A stretch of 64,000 nt of DNA from an uncultured Chloroflexia bacterium (GCA_963843645.1 CAWJLE010000005.1:119494-183493); one strand, 5' to 3'; positions 1 to 11,025 are shown, counted from the stretch's first letter. Numbers and translations are program-made. Notes: generated from the sequence alone by a model not told the origin.

Positions 1-1266
1 TGCGGCTCCACGCCGGCGGCGTGATCGCGGGCGGCATTGCGGACCTGTATCCGACGGCCCAGCCCGTCCACGTCGTACCCATCACAGCGGCAGAGGTGGC
101 GCGATTGGCGGGCATTGACCTGAGCACCGAGGAGATTCAGCGTATGCTGGAATCGCTCGATTTCGAGTGCGTCCGGGACGGCGACGTGATCAAGGCCACT
201 GCGCCCTGGCATCGGCTCGATATGGAGATACCGGCGGACCTGGTGGAAGACATCGCCCGGCTGTACGGCTACGATCGGATCCCACTGACGATGATGGGAG
301 ACGAATTGCCGACGCATCCGCGCAACCATCGTTTGGAGTGCGAGGAGCAGGATCCGTGACGCCCTGGTCGCCAGCGGTCTGGACGAAGTGATTACCTATT
401 CGCTGACCAGCAAGCAGACGATCCTGGCCGCCAGCCCGGGTCAGACTGAGCTGGACGAAGGCAGTTACCTGAAGCTGGCCAACCCGCTGACCTCCGATCG
501 CGAGTATTTGCGGCGGTCTCTTGCGGGGAGCCTCTTGGAAACGCTGCGGGACAATTTCCGCTTCGTGGATCGGGTCGCTATCTTCGAGCTGGGTCGGGTC
601 TACTGGCCGCGGACCAACTCCGTCTTGCCCGACGAGCCACGACGGCTGGGCATCGCGCTGGGTGGAACGCGTGACGAGCAGGCCTGGCTGGGTGACAAGG
701 AGATGATGGACTTCTACGATCTGAAGGGCGCGGTGGAGGCCAGCCTGCGGACCCTGGATATCCAGGACGTCGTGTTCGAGCCCGTGCAGGCCGCCGGGTT
801 CCATCCCGGTCGGGCGGCCAGGGTCTCGATTCACGGCCAGCCGGCCGGCGTGCTCGGTCAGGTGCACCCCGAAGTTGCTCAAAAGTTCGACCTGCCGTCC
901 GTGCCCGTCTACCTGGCCGAGCTGGATCTGGACTTGCTGTGCGGCGGCGCAATGGAGGCGAGACAGCTGACGCCGATCTCGCGCTTCCCGTCCGTCAGCC
1001 AGGACATTGCCGTCGTCGTCGACGACAGCGTCCCGGCCACCGCCGTGCATCGTGAGATCATGGCCGCCGGCGGCGAACTGCTCGCCGACGCCGTGCTCTT
1101 CGACGTATATCGCGGCAACCGGATCGGCGCCGGCAAGAAGAGCCTGGCCTACGCCCTGACCTATCGATCGATGGAACGCACCCTGACCGACGAGGAAGTG
1201 AGCGGCGTGCAAGAAGTCATCGTCGCCCGCCTGCGAGACGTGCTCAGCGCCACTCTGCGCTCGTAA
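1..1266 (+). CDS. pheT: Phenylalanine--tRNA ligase beta subunit, C-terminal part (5' end outside window; one frame break near 348)
   Basis: ORF 21..359 is open back to position 1 and carries a PheT B5-type segment (HRLDMEIPADLVEDIARLYGYDRIP). ORF 388..1266 carries the beta-subunit core and C-terminal anticodon-binding-like domain (NPLTSDREYLRRSLAGSLLETL ... SLAYALTYRSMERTLTDEEV). The two frames join without loss as ...RLECEE|RIRDALVASGLDEVITYSL. Confidence 0.9.
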
Positions 1267-1342
1267 GGACGATCCTGTGGGCGGATCCTGTGGGCGCCGC
1301 GCCCTCGGGGGACCACCATCCGGGGGCGTTGGCGCGGTCCAT

Positions 1343-1371
1343 TTGACTATTCCAGCCGCTCAGGTTATACT
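1343..1371 (+). promoter_or_regulatory. Sigma70-type promoter P1 upstream of the tRNA-tuf cluster (TTGACT-17 nt-TATACT)
   Basis: TTGACT at 1343-1348 and TATACT at 1366-1371 with a 17-nt spacer, in the 220-nt gap between the pheT stop and the first tRNA. Confidence 0.45.
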
Positions 1372-1421
1372 TGACGTTTGTGTGACTGTGCCGGGTACTA
1401 TCGTAGCAGACTCAAGAGGAC

Positions 1422-1449
1422 TTGACCGCAGCGAAGTTTATGGTATAAT
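1422..1449 (+). promoter_or_regulatory. Sigma70-type promoter P2 with extended -10 (TTGACC-16 nt-TGgTATAAT)
   Basis: TTGACC at 1422-1427 and TATAAT at 1444-1449, preceded by TG at 1441-1442. It lies about 40 nt upstream of tRNA-Thr. Tandem promoters are typical of stable-RNA operons. Confidence 0.55.
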
Positions 1450-1488
1450 GGTCTTCCACTAGCGGGGACTGGGCCGCAGTGGGCGCAG

Positions 1489-1560
1489 GCCGACGTAGCT
1501 CAATGGCAGAGCAACGGTTTTGTAAACCGTCGGTTGCGGGTTCAAGTCCCACCGTCGGCT
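1489..1560 (+). tRNA. tRNA-Thr (anticodon TGT)
   Basis: Hand-folded cloverleaf: acceptor GCCGACG/CGTCGGC, D arm GCTC-AATGGCA-GAGC, anticodon stem ACGGT/ACCGT with loop TTTGTAA, T loop TTCAAGT. One C-A mismatch in the T stem. Confidence 0.85.
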
Positions 1561-1596
1561 TTGGTTCGGTTGCAATCATCAGTGTCTGGAATTTGT

Positions 1597-1680
1597 GGGC
1601 AGGTACCCAAGTGGCTAAAGGGGACTGACTGTAAATCAGTTGGCTCTGCCTTCGGAGGTTCGAATCCCCCCCTGCCCACC
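1597..1680 (+). tRNA. tRNA-Tyr (anticodon GTA), class II with long variable arm
   Basis: Acceptor GGGCAGG/CCTGCCC, anticodon stem ACTGA/TCAGT with loop CTGTAAA, long variable arm GGCTCTGCCTTC, T loop TTCGAAT. The layout parallels E. coli tRNA-Tyr. The 3' side of the T stem looks one C short, possibly an indel error. Confidence 0.8.
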
Positions 1681-1720
1681 TTGTTTGACCAGAACACCTT
1701 AAGGCGATTCTTATCTGCAG

Positions 1721-1796
1721 GCCCACGTAGCTCAGTCGGTAGAGCACATTCTTGGTAAGAATGGGGTCATCGGTTCAAATCCGATCGTGGGCTCCA
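1721..1796 (+). tRNA. tRNA-Thr (anticodon GGT), CCA encoded
   Basis: Acceptor GCCCACG/CGTGGGC, D arm GCTC-AGTCGGTA-GAGC, anticodon stem CATTC/GAATG with loop TTGGTAA, T arm ATCGG-TTCAAAT-CCGAT, 3' TCCA. Confidence 0.9.
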
Positions 1797-1873
1797 AGAT
1801 GATTCCGGCCTCGTCAAGTGGGTAGCAGTAACGTAACATCTCATCACGCAATTATGGAAACAAGGAGTAAGAA

Positions 1874-3074
<1,201 letters not shown>

Positions 3075-3130
3075 GAGGGGGAAACAGGAGACAGCCGGGT
3101 CTGTTTACTGGCTGATTCCTGGTAAGCGTT

Positions 3131-3295
3131 ATGGCCAAGAAGGCAATCCGTATGGTGACTACCTTTGCCTGCACTGAGTGCAAGGAAAGGAACTACACTT
3201 CGGAAAAGAACCGCAAGAACGATACCGGGCGCATGGAGATCAAGAAATATTGCCCGCGTTGCCGGGTTCACACCCTCCATCGCGAGACCAAATAG
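3131..3295 (+). CDS. rpmG: 50S ribosomal protein L33
   Basis: A 54-aa ORF not in the supplied track: [54 protein letters not shown]. It has the L33 CxxC...CxxC zinc ribbon and the conserved position between tuf and secE. Confidence 0.9.
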   Translation: MAKKAIRMVTTFACTECKERNYTSEKNRKNDTGRMEIKKYCPRCRVHTLHRETK

Positions 3296-3359
3296 CGGAG
3301 TATTCTATCCTCTGCCTCCAGTCCCCACCGGCCTACGGTAGGGACAGAGGCAGATACGC

Positions 3360-3435
3360 AGGCCAGTAGCTCAATTGGCAGAGCAACGGTCTCCAAAACC
3401 GTAGGTTGCGGGTTCAATTCCTGCCTGGCCTGCCA
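3360..3435 (+). tRNA. tRNA-Trp (anticodon CCA), CCA encoded
   Basis: Acceptor AGGCCAG/CTGGCCT, D arm GCTC-AATTGGCA-GAGC, anticodon stem ACGGT/ACCGT with loop CTCCAAA, T arm GCGGG-TTCAATT-CCTGC. It holds the conserved position upstream of secE-nusG. Confidence 0.9.
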
Positions 3436-3530
3436 GCCTGTATTTGCAAAGACACCGCTTCAGGGTACCGACGCGGTGTCTTGAATCGTAAGGAACCGGT
3501 ACCGAAGCTGAGCAATGATGGGGTGAAGAC

Positions 3531-3740
3531 GTGGCCAAGAGTGGTTTCCTGAGCACCGACAACGTTGTCTTCAAATATCTGAAAGAAACTCGGGCAGAAT
3601 TGTACAAAGTGAGCTGGCCCACCCGGAGAGAGGCCTTGAATTTGACCTTGATCGTAGTGGCTGTGACTTTGGTCATGGCTGTTCTCCTGGGTGCGCTCGA
3701 CTACACCTTCGCTCAGCTCATGGGGTTGATTGTCAAATAA
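3531..3740 (+). CDS. secE: Preprotein translocase subunit SecE
   Basis: A 69-aa product with GTG start. The motif KYLKETRAELYKVSWPTRREALNLTLIVVAVTLVMAVLLG is followed by a single TM segment. It lies directly upstream of nusG. Confidence 0.9.
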   Translation: MAKSGFLSTDNVVFKYLKETRAELYKVSWPTRREALNLTLIVVAVTLVMAVLLGALDYTFAQLMGLIVK

Positions 3741-3828
3741 CAGTACGCCTGCACCGGGATACGACCGCTGCTCGTATTAGGTGAGTTTGGGTTGTTTTTG
3801 ACTATCCTGTGCGGAAAGCAGGGGTTAT

Positions 3829-4527
3829 ATGGTTCGATCAGACGAATTTGAAGATGAGTTGGAGCTAAACGAGGACGATTTTGAAGATGACCTCGAAGGC
3901 TCGAACGAAGACGAGGACGAAGGAGTAGTGGGCGACGAGCCCGCGTCAGAAGCAGGCGCTGAAGCCGCGGAGGAGGCCAAGACTCCCGAGTCGACGGACA
4001 AGGGCCCGCGTGCCTGGTACGTCGTGCACAGCTACTCTGGATATGAGAATAAGGTCAAGAAAAACCTCGAGCATCGGATCGAGTCTATGGGCATGGGTGA
4101 CCTGATCTTCCGCGTGGTGGTTCCAACGGAAGAAGAGGTTGAGCTGCGTGATGGTCAGCGGAAGACCACGGAACGTCGCATCTTTCCGGGTTACATCCTG
4201 GTCGAAATGGTCATGACGGATGATTCGTGGTACGTGGTGCGCAACACGCCTGGCGTCACAGGCTTCGTCGGCTCCGCCAACGAGCCCACTCCCTTGCGTC
4301 AGGAAGAAGTCGACCGCATCCTGAAGCGGATGGAAGCCGAAACGCCGAAGGTCAAAGTCAGCTTGAAGCCGGGGCACAAGGTGCGAATCGTTGAAGGACC
4401 GTTTACCGATTTCATGGGAACCGTCGAGGAGCTCTTGCTGGAAAAGGGTAAGGTTCGGATTCTGGTATCGTTCTTTGGCCGAGAGACTCCTGTCGAGTTG
4501 GATTTTCTACAAGTCGAGAGAATATAA
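3829..4527 (+). CDS. nusG: Transcription termination/antitermination factor NusG with acidic N-terminal extension
   Basis: NGN domain (WYVVHSYSGYENKVKKNLEHRI ... IFPGYILVEM ... VRNTPGVTGFVG) and KOW domain (GHKVRIVEGPFTDFMGTVEEL). About 60 D/E-rich residues precede the NGN domain. Confidence 0.93.
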   Translation: MVRSDEFEDELELNEDDFEDDLEGSNEDEDEGVVGDEPASEAGAEAAEEAKTPESTDKGPRAWYVVHSYSGYENKVKKNLEHRIESMGMGDLIFRVVVPTEEEVELRDGQRKTTERRIFPGYILVEMVMTDDSWYVVRNTPGVTGFVGSANEPTPLRQEEVDRILKRMEAETPKVKVSLKPGHKVRIVEGPFTDFMGTVEELLLEKGKVRILVSFFGRETPVELDFLQVERI

Positions 4528-4579
4528 GCACATTGGCAGGCCATTGAGGCGAGCCAGTTGAACGGAGGACACAGGACAC

Positions 4580-5005
4580 ATGGGTAAGAGAGTCAAAGCG
4601 ATCATCAAGCTGCAAATCTCCGCCGGAAAAGCCAATCCCGCGCCACCGGTTGGCCCTGCATTGGGCCAGCACGGCGTCAACATCATGGGGTTCTGCAAAG
4701 AATACAACGCGCGGACGGCATCTCAGGCGGGATCGATCATTCCGGTCGAGATTACGGTCTTTCAGGACAACTCTTTCACCTTTGTGACTAAGACTCCGCC
4801 GGCAGCCGATTTGCTGAAAAAGGCCGCCAACATCGAAAAGGCGTCCGCAGTGCCTAACCGCGACAAGGTCGCTCAGCTGACTCGGGAGCAGATCCGCAGA
4901 ATCGCGGAGACGAAGATGAAGGACCTCAATGCCAAGGATCTGGAAGGCGCCGAGAAGATGATCGAAGGTTCAGCTCGAAGCATGGGCATCAAAGTCGTAG
5001 ACTGA
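4580..5005 (+). CDS. rplK: 50S ribosomal protein L11
   Basis: [44 protein letters not shown] is the canonical L11 N-terminus. The product is 141 aa. Confidence 0.97.
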   Translation: MGKRVKAIIKLQISAGKANPAPPVGPALGQHGVNIMGFCKEYNARTASQAGSIIPVEITVFQDNSFTFVTKTPPAADLLKKAANIEKASAVPNRDKVAQLTREQIRRIAETKMKDLNAKDLEGAEKMIEGSARSMGIKVVD

Positions 5006-5091
5006 AGGCCAAAAGGACGTGACGCCCGAACGATGGGCGACTTTGTGGGAGGGTGTGTCCCACCCGCCAAAACCACGGAAGGATGTGGAAA

Positions 5092-5806
5092 ATGTCGAAG
5101 CATGGTAAAAAGTACGCAGAAGTGAAGAAACTGGTGGATTCCACGAAAATTTACTCGGCAGCCGAGGCATGTGAGCTCATCAAGCAGACCTCGTACGCCA
5201 AATTCGATGCCACCGTCGATGTGCACATGAAGATGGGTGTGGACCCGCGTCACGCCGATCAGCAGGTCCGCAGCGTGGTTCTCCTGCCGAACGGGACCGG
5301 CAAGAAGGTGCGCATCATGGTTTTCGCCGAAGCGGATGCCGCCCGGGCAGCCACTGAAGCAGGCGCGGATTACGTCGGCAGCGACGACTACGTTCAGAAG
5401 ATCCAGGGTGGTTGGATGGACTTCGACGTGGCGGTTGCTACGCCGCAGATCATGGGTAAGGTCGGCCGTTTGGGTAAGGTGCTTGGACCTCGTGGCCTGA
5501 TGCCCAGCCCGAAGACCGGGACCATCTGCCCGGCTGAAGACATACCACGTTTGATTCCGAGAGTTGCGGTTGGGGCGGGTTGAGTTTCGCGTCGATAAGA
5601 CGGCGAACATCCACGTGCCCATCGGCAAGGTGAGCTTCACCACCGAGCAGCTCTTTGAGAATTTCGCCGCGCTCATGGAAGCCGTCGTAAAGGCCAAGCC
5701 GACCGGTGCTAAAGGGCAGTACGTCCGAAAGGTCGTGTTGTCCGCCACCATGAGCCCCGGCATCAAGATCGACAACGTCCAGGCGGAGCAGCTTCGCGCC
5801 ATCTGA
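5092..5806 (+). CDS. rplA: 50S ribosomal protein L1 (one frame break near 5557)
   Basis: ATG at 5092 after [23 protein letters not shown] ... [17 protein letters not shown] (ORF 5053..5583) continues as [27 protein letters not shown] ... in ORF 5564..5806. Confidence 0.95.
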
Positions 5807-6074
5807 GCTGACGCACCTGCCCGCGTAAGCACGTCAACTGAATAGATGAGCCGCCCTTCGGGCGGTTCGCCTGAGACAGCAGGCACGCATCCTGCGTTTA
5901 ATCCATACCTGCCGAGGCACAGCTACCTTCCGTGGTACTATCTTGAGTCATCCGGATGCGTGAGCCTTTGTGCCGTCGGCGCGAAGGCTTTTTTAGTGCC
6001 TGGTCGCAGTGGTGGATACTGAATCTGCCGCCAGGTTACGACGAGTAATTCAGCACAGTGAGGAGGTGATCGAT
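5807..6074 (+). promoter_or_regulatory. rplJ (L10) leader region with stem-loops and an attenuator-like hairpin
   Basis: A 268-nt untranslated gap between rplA and rplJ. It contains a CCGCC-CTTCG-GGCGG hairpin (~5851-5865) and AGCCTT...AAGGCTTTTTT (~5964-5995). This position matches the known L10(L12)4 autoregulatory leader. I did not test covariance. Confidence 0.45.
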
Positions 6075-6668
6075 TTGGCAATTACGAGGAAGAAGAAACA
6101 AACCATGGTCGACAAGTACGTTTCGGCGCTGTCGGACGCCGAAGCCGTGCTTATCACCGAATACCGGGGGTTGACCGTCACCGACATCACCCGCTTGCGT
6201 CGACAGATAGAGGAAGCCGGTGCCACTTACCTGGTCGTCAAGAACACGCTGTTCAAGCGCGCTCTGGAGCAGACAGGAATGCCCGTGCCGGAAGATCTGT
6301 TCACGGGTCCGGTTGCGGTCGGGATCGTGTCCAAGGATCCTGCGGTGGCCTCGAAGGCGATGACTGATTTCGGCGCCACAAACGACCTCCTGGTCATCAA
6401 GGGGGGGCTGTTAGGCGATCGACGGATGAGCAAGGAGCAAGTGACTACGCTCGCTAATCTGCCGCCGCGGGACGTTCTGTTGAGCCAGGTTCTGGCTGGC
6501 CTGCAGTCACCCATCACGGGCCTCGTTCGTGTCTTGAACGGCCCCATCCGTGGGCTTGTGTACGTCCTGCAGGCGCGCAGTGACCAGCTGGCTGGTCCCG
6601 CCGACGCAGCGGTTGGCGAAGGCGCTGGGGCCGCTGCAGGCGCTGAGGCTGCCGCCGCCGGGGCCTAG
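6075..6668 (+). CDS. rplJ: 50S ribosomal protein L10
   Basis: TTG at 6075 lies 7 nt after GAGGAGG and is in frame with ORF 6009..6668. The product LAITRKKKQTMVDKYVSALSDAEAVLITEYRGLTVTDITRLRRQIEEAGATYLVVKNTL is L10-like, with an Ala/Gly-rich tail. Confidence 0.9.
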   Translation: MAITRKKKQTMVDKYVSALSDAEAVLITEYRGLTVTDITRLRRQIEEAGATYLVVKNTLFKRALEQTGMPVPEDLFTGPVAVGIVSKDPAVASKAMTDFGATNDLLVIKGGLLGDRRMSKEQVTTLANLPPRDVLLSQVLAGLQSPITGLVRVLNGPIRGLVYVLQARSDQLAGPADAAVGEGAGAAAGAEAAAAGA

Positions 6669-6742
6669 AAGTCGCCTGAACTGCGATCGATCCGTGTTGG
6701 GAAACTATAGTGATTCAAGTTCTCTTGGAGGGGGATTATCAA

Positions 6743-7126
6743 ATGACGAAGGAAGAACTGATTACTGCGATTGAAGGCATGTCCGTCTTGGAGTTGGCCG
6801 ACCTGGTCAAGGCTTTGGAAGAGAAGTTCGGCGTCAGCGCTGCTGCCCCGATGATGGCCATGGCTATGCCTGCAGGTGGTGGGGCCGCAGCAGCGGCTGC
6901 GCCCGAAGAAGAGAAGACCGAGTTCGACGTCATCCTCAAGGACGCCGGTGCCAAGAAGATCCAGGTCATCAAGGCGATCCGCCAGATCATCAACCTGGGT
7001 CTGAAGGAAGCCAAGGACCTGGTCGACAGCGCTCCGTGCACGGTCCTGACCGCCGTTCCGAAGGAAGAGGCCGAGGCCGCCAAGCAGAAGCTCGAGGCCG
7101 AGGGCGGCGTCGTCGAGATCAAGTAA
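6743..7126 (+). CDS. rplL: 50S ribosomal protein L7/L12
   Basis: ATG at 6743 after [39 protein letters not shown], an Ala-rich hinge, then [27 protein letters not shown]...[19 protein letters not shown]. Confidence 0.95.
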   Translation: MTKEELITAIEGMSVLELADLVKALEEKFGVSAAAPMMAMAMPAGGGAAAAAAPEEEKTEFDVILKDAGAKKIQVIKAIRQIINLGLKEAKDLVDSAPCTVLTAVPKEEAEAAKQKLEAEGGVVEIK

Positions 7127-7146
7127 TCTCGCCCGCCTTGCACCCA

Positions 7147-7190
7147 ACAAACAAGCCACACCGCATTGCCGGTGTGGCTTGTTTGTGTTT
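7147..7190. terminator. Bidirectional intrinsic terminator between rplL (+) and the SDR gene (-)
   Basis: A 16-bp perfect stem, ACAAACAAGCCACACC (7147-7162) / GGTGTGGCTTGTTTGT (7171-7186), with an 8-nt loop. It is followed by GTTTT on the plus strand and lies between convergent genes. Confidence 0.8.
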
Positions 7191-7191
7191 T

Positions 7192-7932
7192 CTAGATCTT
7201 GCCCCCATCCACGACGATGACCTGGCCGGTGACGAAGAGGGCGTCGGTGGTCAGGGCCACGGCGACGGCGCCCATGTCCTCCGGCAAAGGGAGGCGACCG
7301 AGCGGCGTTTCGCTGATGATCCCCTCGTGCCGATCCTCCAGCCCCTTGTTCCAGCGGGTGGGCACGAAGCCCGGCGCGATTGCATTGACTCGAATCTCGG
7401 GCGCCAGCGTCCGCGACAGCGATTTCGTCAGCGAGATGACGGCCGCTTTCGAGGTCGCATACGGGATGGAACTGCCCTGAGCGGTGATGCCCGCCACTGA
7501 AGCCACGTTGATGATGCAGCCCTCGCCTTGTTTCTTCATGATCGGCGCCACAGCCCGAGCGCAGAAGAACGTCCCCTTAACGTTCACCCCAAAGAGTTCG
7601 TCCCACACCTCGCCGGTGGCGGACTCCAGATCGGTGTATGGGATTCGGCGAGTGATACCGGCATTGTTCACCAGAATATCGATGCGATGGAGATTGTCCA
7701 TCGTCGTTTGTACCATGCGTCTGACGTCCTCGTCACGCGATACGTCGGCCCTCACCAGCAACGCCTTGGCGCCCATTGCTTCGATCTCGCGCTGAGTGGC
7801 TTCGGCTTCCGGCAGGCTCTTGGTGTAGTTGACCACTATTGCCGCTCCCTCGTGCGCGAGGGCCAATGCGATTCCTCGTCCGATGCCCGTGGCGCTCCCT
7901 GTAACCAGCGCAACCTTGCCCGTCAGTCTCAT
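7192..7932 (-). CDS. Short-chain dehydrogenase/reductase, 3-oxoacyl-ACP reductase-like
   Basis: TGSATGIGRG cofactor motif, NNAG, and YATSKAAV (YxxxK) catalytic motif. The product is 246 aa. Confidence 0.85.
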   Translation of the reverse strand: MRLTGKVALVTGSATGIGRGIALALAHEGAAIVVNYTKSLPEAEATQREIEAMGAKALLVRADVSRDEDVRRMVQTTMDNLHRIDILVNNAGITRRIPYTDLESATGEVWDELFGVNVKGTFFCARAVAPIMKKQGEGCIINVASVAGITAQGSSIPYATSKAAVISLTKSLSRTLAPEIRVNAIAPGFVPTRWNKGLEDRHEGIISETPLGRLPLPEDMGAVAVALTTDALFVTGQVIVVDGGKI

Positions 7933-8037
7933 TTCTGGCCTCCTGTTTATTGTAAATTGCGAGGTTTAACACTCCGTGCCGCGGCGATAAGGCTTCGAGG
8001 AAAACGACCCGACCGAAGGCCTCCTGCGGAAAGCCGT

Positions 8038-9777
8038 TCACCGCACCTTGTCCATCTCGTACACGTCGGCGCTCTCGAATTCCTTGACCTCGCGCTGGCC
8101 GCCGTAGTCAGAGAGGGACATCTCCCACGAATCCAACACGTACTCCGGCGTCTGCTTGCGGCTCTTGACGGTCACGACGAGGAGACGATCAGCGCTTGCC
8201 CGCATATTGGCGAAATATCCGGCGGGAAACCCGTGCCAATTCCAGTAGTAACGTATCGGACCGGCAGAGGGGAAGGCGGCAACGATTTTGTCTCCGGGTT
8301 TCGCGCAGCTCTTCAGGAAGAGAACGATCTCCTCAGCTTGAGGAAACGCGCCCTCCACGGCATTGCGCACTGAGCCTGTCGTCCAGTCGTTCAGGCCCAG
8401 GCCGAGCGCCAGCACAATCGCCACGAACCCAACCAGAACGTGCCCGTGCTGCCTCTTGACCAGCAGTGGACGGACCAGAAACACGAGTGACGCCGATACC
8501 AGTCCAAAGTACACCGGCAAAAGGAACAGCCACGTCCGCTGGGGCGGAACGACGCGCTGCAGCACGAGCATGGGAACGATCCACAATATCGCCGCCCAGA
8601 TTGGGATTCGATCCGTGCTCAACCGCCAGTGCAAGACCATTGCCAGCAGTGCCATCAAGGCGAACCCTATGGCCACCGCCGGGGACAGGCCGGCGTTCCA
8701 CTGCGTCCAGACTGCCGCTCCCGCGTCGGGCACAGACCTTATAATGGCCGACCAGGCCTGAGGGACAACGTACTCATTGGCTATCATCCGCTCCCAGCCC
8801 TGCCGCAAAATGATGGGCAGGTACAACGTCAGTGTCAGGAGGCCGGTCAGTGCCCCCGCGCCAACACACCGCTTGAGCAATCGAGCCCGCTCCGATCCCA
8901 CGGTACCGGCCAGAATGGACAGGAACAGCCACAGCCACACCATCCCGAACGCGTACAGGAAGATCGGTATGGTATAGAAGCCCAGCGAAGCCAGACAAGC
9001 AAACAGCATCCAGGCAAAGGCGTTTGTTGTGCCTTTCAGGTACGTTGCCAGGAACAGAGTTAACGAGAAGAGCAGGACTAAAAGCGTATAGCCACGGGCG
9101 TTGACCGAGTAATTGATGAGGACGGGTGAAGATACAACGAATCCAACCGTCAGCAGCCCCGCCTCCCGGCCATAGAGTCGGCGCACCATCAGGTACGACG
9201 CGGGTATCAGGAGCAACCCTGACACCAGCGCCGGCAAACGCAAGGCCCAGGGCGTGTTGCCAAACAGCAGGAAACTGATGCGGACCAGCGCCGTGTGCAG
9301 AACGTGGTTGTTGGGGACGGAATAGTTCGTCGAGAGTACCCAGAAGGATTTCGACGCAAAATTGGTAAAGGCGTTAGCTTCGTCGTGGCGGATCGGCTCA
9401 AACAAGAAGGCCAATCGGACGATGATAGCCACCGCGGACATGGCGGCGAGCGCGTACAGATGCCACCGATCCTCACCGTACGCGGCTCTGCGCAAGCGAT
9501 TTGCGACACCGTTGAAGAACGATCGCCCGGCGGCGGGTAGTTCGAGCGTGAATCGCGTGAGCGCGTGTCTCCTCACGAACACAATTGCTGCAGTGAGGAT
9601 AAGGAAGACGCCGAGGAACTGATGAGCGCTCGCCAGCCCGGCCAAACGGGCTGGACTTACGGCGCCGGCATGTCTCCCCATCAGAAGCAGAGCGATAGCC
9701 TTTTCAATTATACCGAATGGCAAAAGATGAATGAGGTTCAGCAAGAGCCCGGCAATGACAAGAGCGGATGCGATCAA
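8038..9777 (-). CDS. Polytopic membrane glycosyltransferase, GT39/ArnT/PMT_2-like
   Basis: A 579-aa product with roughly 11 or more hydrophobic segments. An acidic motif (RHDEANAF) follows the first TM pair, as in ArnT/PMT-type lipid-linked-sugar transferases. A soluble C-terminal domain of about 100 aa follows. Confidence 0.6.
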   Translation of the reverse strand: MIASALVIAGLLLNLIHLLPFGIIEKAIALLLMGRHAGAVSPARLAGLASAHQFLGVFLILTAAIVFVRRHALTRFTLELPAAGRSFFNGVANRLRRAAYGEDRWHLYALAAMSAVAIIVRLAFLFEPIRHDEANAFTNFASKSFWVLSTNYSVPNNHVLHTALVRISFLLFGNTPWALRLPALVSGLLLIPASYLMVRRLYGREAGLLTVGFVVSSPVLINYSVNARGYTLLVLLFSLTLFLATYLKGTTNAFAWMLFACLASLGFYTIPIFLYAFGMVWLWLFLSILAGTVGSERARLLKRCVGAGALTGLLTLTLYLPIILRQGWERMIANEYVVPQAWSAIIRSVPDAGAAVWTQWNAGLSPAVAIGFALMALLAMVLHWRLSTDRIPIWAAILWIVPMLVLQRVVPPQRTWLFLLPVYFGLVSASLVFLVRPLLVKRQHGHVLVGFVAIVLALGLGLNDWTTGSVRNAVEGAFPQAEEIVLFLKSCAKPGDKIVAAFPSAGPIRYYWNWHGFPAGYFANMRASADRLLVVTVKSRKQTPEYVLDSWEMSLSDYGGQREVKEFESADVYEMDKVR

Positions 9778-9810
9778 AAAGAAAAAACGCGGTGACGCGC
9801 CTTGCCATGT

Positions 9811-10350
9811 TCACTCCTGCGCCGCGGACTCCGGAGAGATGATGAGGCTCACGAGTGCGCGGACCGTGCTCTGCACGCTCGCTGCGTCCTCCGGGCGGCA
9901 CGAAACCACTGCATATGGGCTGTCCAATGCGGTCTTAACCGCCTTTATGGCGTCATCCGGCTGGCCCGATGCATCCGACTGGGCCACGCCGATCACGCAC
10001 GCGCCCACATCGAGCAACTTGAACAGTTTCGTCAGGCGCTGCACCTCCTCCAGGTCTGCCGCCGAACCTGGCCGCAGCAAAATGATCGCGCCGTGGGTCT
10101 CCCTAACCAGGGTCGTCCACGTGAAGTCGTAACGCTTGGCGGCCGACAGGGCGATCCCCTGCACGGCCAGATCGTCCCATTCAATGCGGCCGGTGTTCAG
10201 CAAGAGCACTGCCTCTTCCTTCGTGGCAGACAAGGGATTGGGAACCTTTCGTTCGTGCTCGGTGACGTCTATGGCGCTTAACGCACGGACGAACTGCGTC
10301 GGCAAGACTGCCTCGGGACTGGTCACGATCACCTTTAGAGTCGGTTTCAT
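9811..10350 (-). CDS. Hypothetical protein with a small Ras/MglA-like alpha/beta layout but degenerate nucleotide-binding motifs
   Basis: A 179-aa product. Its start codon overlaps the pcm stop (ATGA). The beta/alpha periodicity can be aligned by eye with MglA-type GTPases, but TSPEAVLPT replaces GxxxxGK[ST] and AQSD replaces NKxD. See findings. Confidence 0.5.
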   Translation of the reverse strand: MKPTLKVIVTSPEAVLPTQFVRALSAIDVTEHERKVPNPLSATKEEAVLLLNTGRIEWDDLAVQGIALSAAKRYDFTWTTLVRETHGAIILLRPGSAADLEEVQRLTKLFKLLDVGACVIGVAQSDASGQPDDAIKAVKTALDSPYAVVSCRPEDAASVQSTVRALVSLIISPESAAQE

Positions 10351-11025
10351 GTTTGATCTCCCCTACCTGGATTCTGCCGGGTGAACGGCACGAAAAGTAC
10401 CCCGGTCACGTTGGTCGACACAACGTCTCGGCCGTGTTTTTCAAGTTTCCACAGGGTCTGGTAGCCCCCGGGCGGCCCAACCGGGATGACCAATCGTCCT
10501 TCATCCGCCAGTTGATCGATCAACGGCTGCGGGATCTCGGCGGTGCGGCGGTGACGACAATCGCATCGTACGGCGCATGCTCCGGCCGACCATCGTAGCC
10601 ATCCCCAGCCCTTACGTGAATGTTGGTGTAACCCAGTCGCTGTAACCTGGCCCGCGCCTGCTCGGCGAGGGCTTCAATGATCTCCACGGTGTAGACCTGA
10701 TCCGTGAGTTGGCCCAGAATGGCGGATTGATAGCCGAACCTGTGCCCACTTCCAACACCTTGTCTCCCCGACGGAGGCGAAGTAACTGGGTCATCAGCGC
10801 CACGATGTACGGCTGAGATATCGTCTGGCCGTGGCCGATGGGCAAAGGGGAGTCCTCGTGAGCCTGCTCGACGAACTCTGGCGACACAAAATCTCGTCGG
10901 GGAATGGCCTCCATGGCTGCCAGAACGTTGGCATCCGTAATGTCACGCTGTCGCATCTGCGTATCGACCATTCGTCGCTGCGCCCCGGGCGGATGCTCTG
11001 CATCGTGCCCGCACGGTACTCCCAT
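10347..11025 (-). CDS. pcm: Protein-L-isoaspartate O-methyltransferase (two frame breaks near 10735 and 10539; start uncertain)
   Basis: ORF 10612..11025 gives [49 protein letters not shown]...KVLEVGTGS. Retranslation after 1-nt corrections continues [49 protein letters not shown]...[32 protein letters not shown], ending at the TGA at 10347-10349. Confidence 0.85.

Noticed and set aside
190-1212. 340-aa ORF antisense to pheT. Similar long shadow ORFs occur inside or opposite clear genes, e.g. 1968..2849(-) and 2117..3115(+) in tuf, 4873..5886(-), 18631..19719(-), 18840..19943(+), 23233..24201(+), 35660..36613(-), 37234..38712(+), 41049..42206(-), 42294..43049(-), 44973..46403(+).
   Set aside because: They overlap strongly supported conserved genes and have Arg/Pro/Gly/Ala-dominated low-complexity translations with no motifs. 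They are the expected by-product of high GC content, which makes stop codons rare in off-frames.
1412-1758. ORFs 1412..1747(-) and 1534..1758(+) in the tRNA cluster.
   Set aside because: They are read straight through three well-folding tRNA genes, so they are not coding.
7127-7200. Expectation that rpoB/rpoC follow rplL.
   Set aside because: A strong bidirectional terminator and a convergent SDR gene follow rplL instead. This is simply a different, not unusual, gene order and I saw nothing anomalous in the junction.
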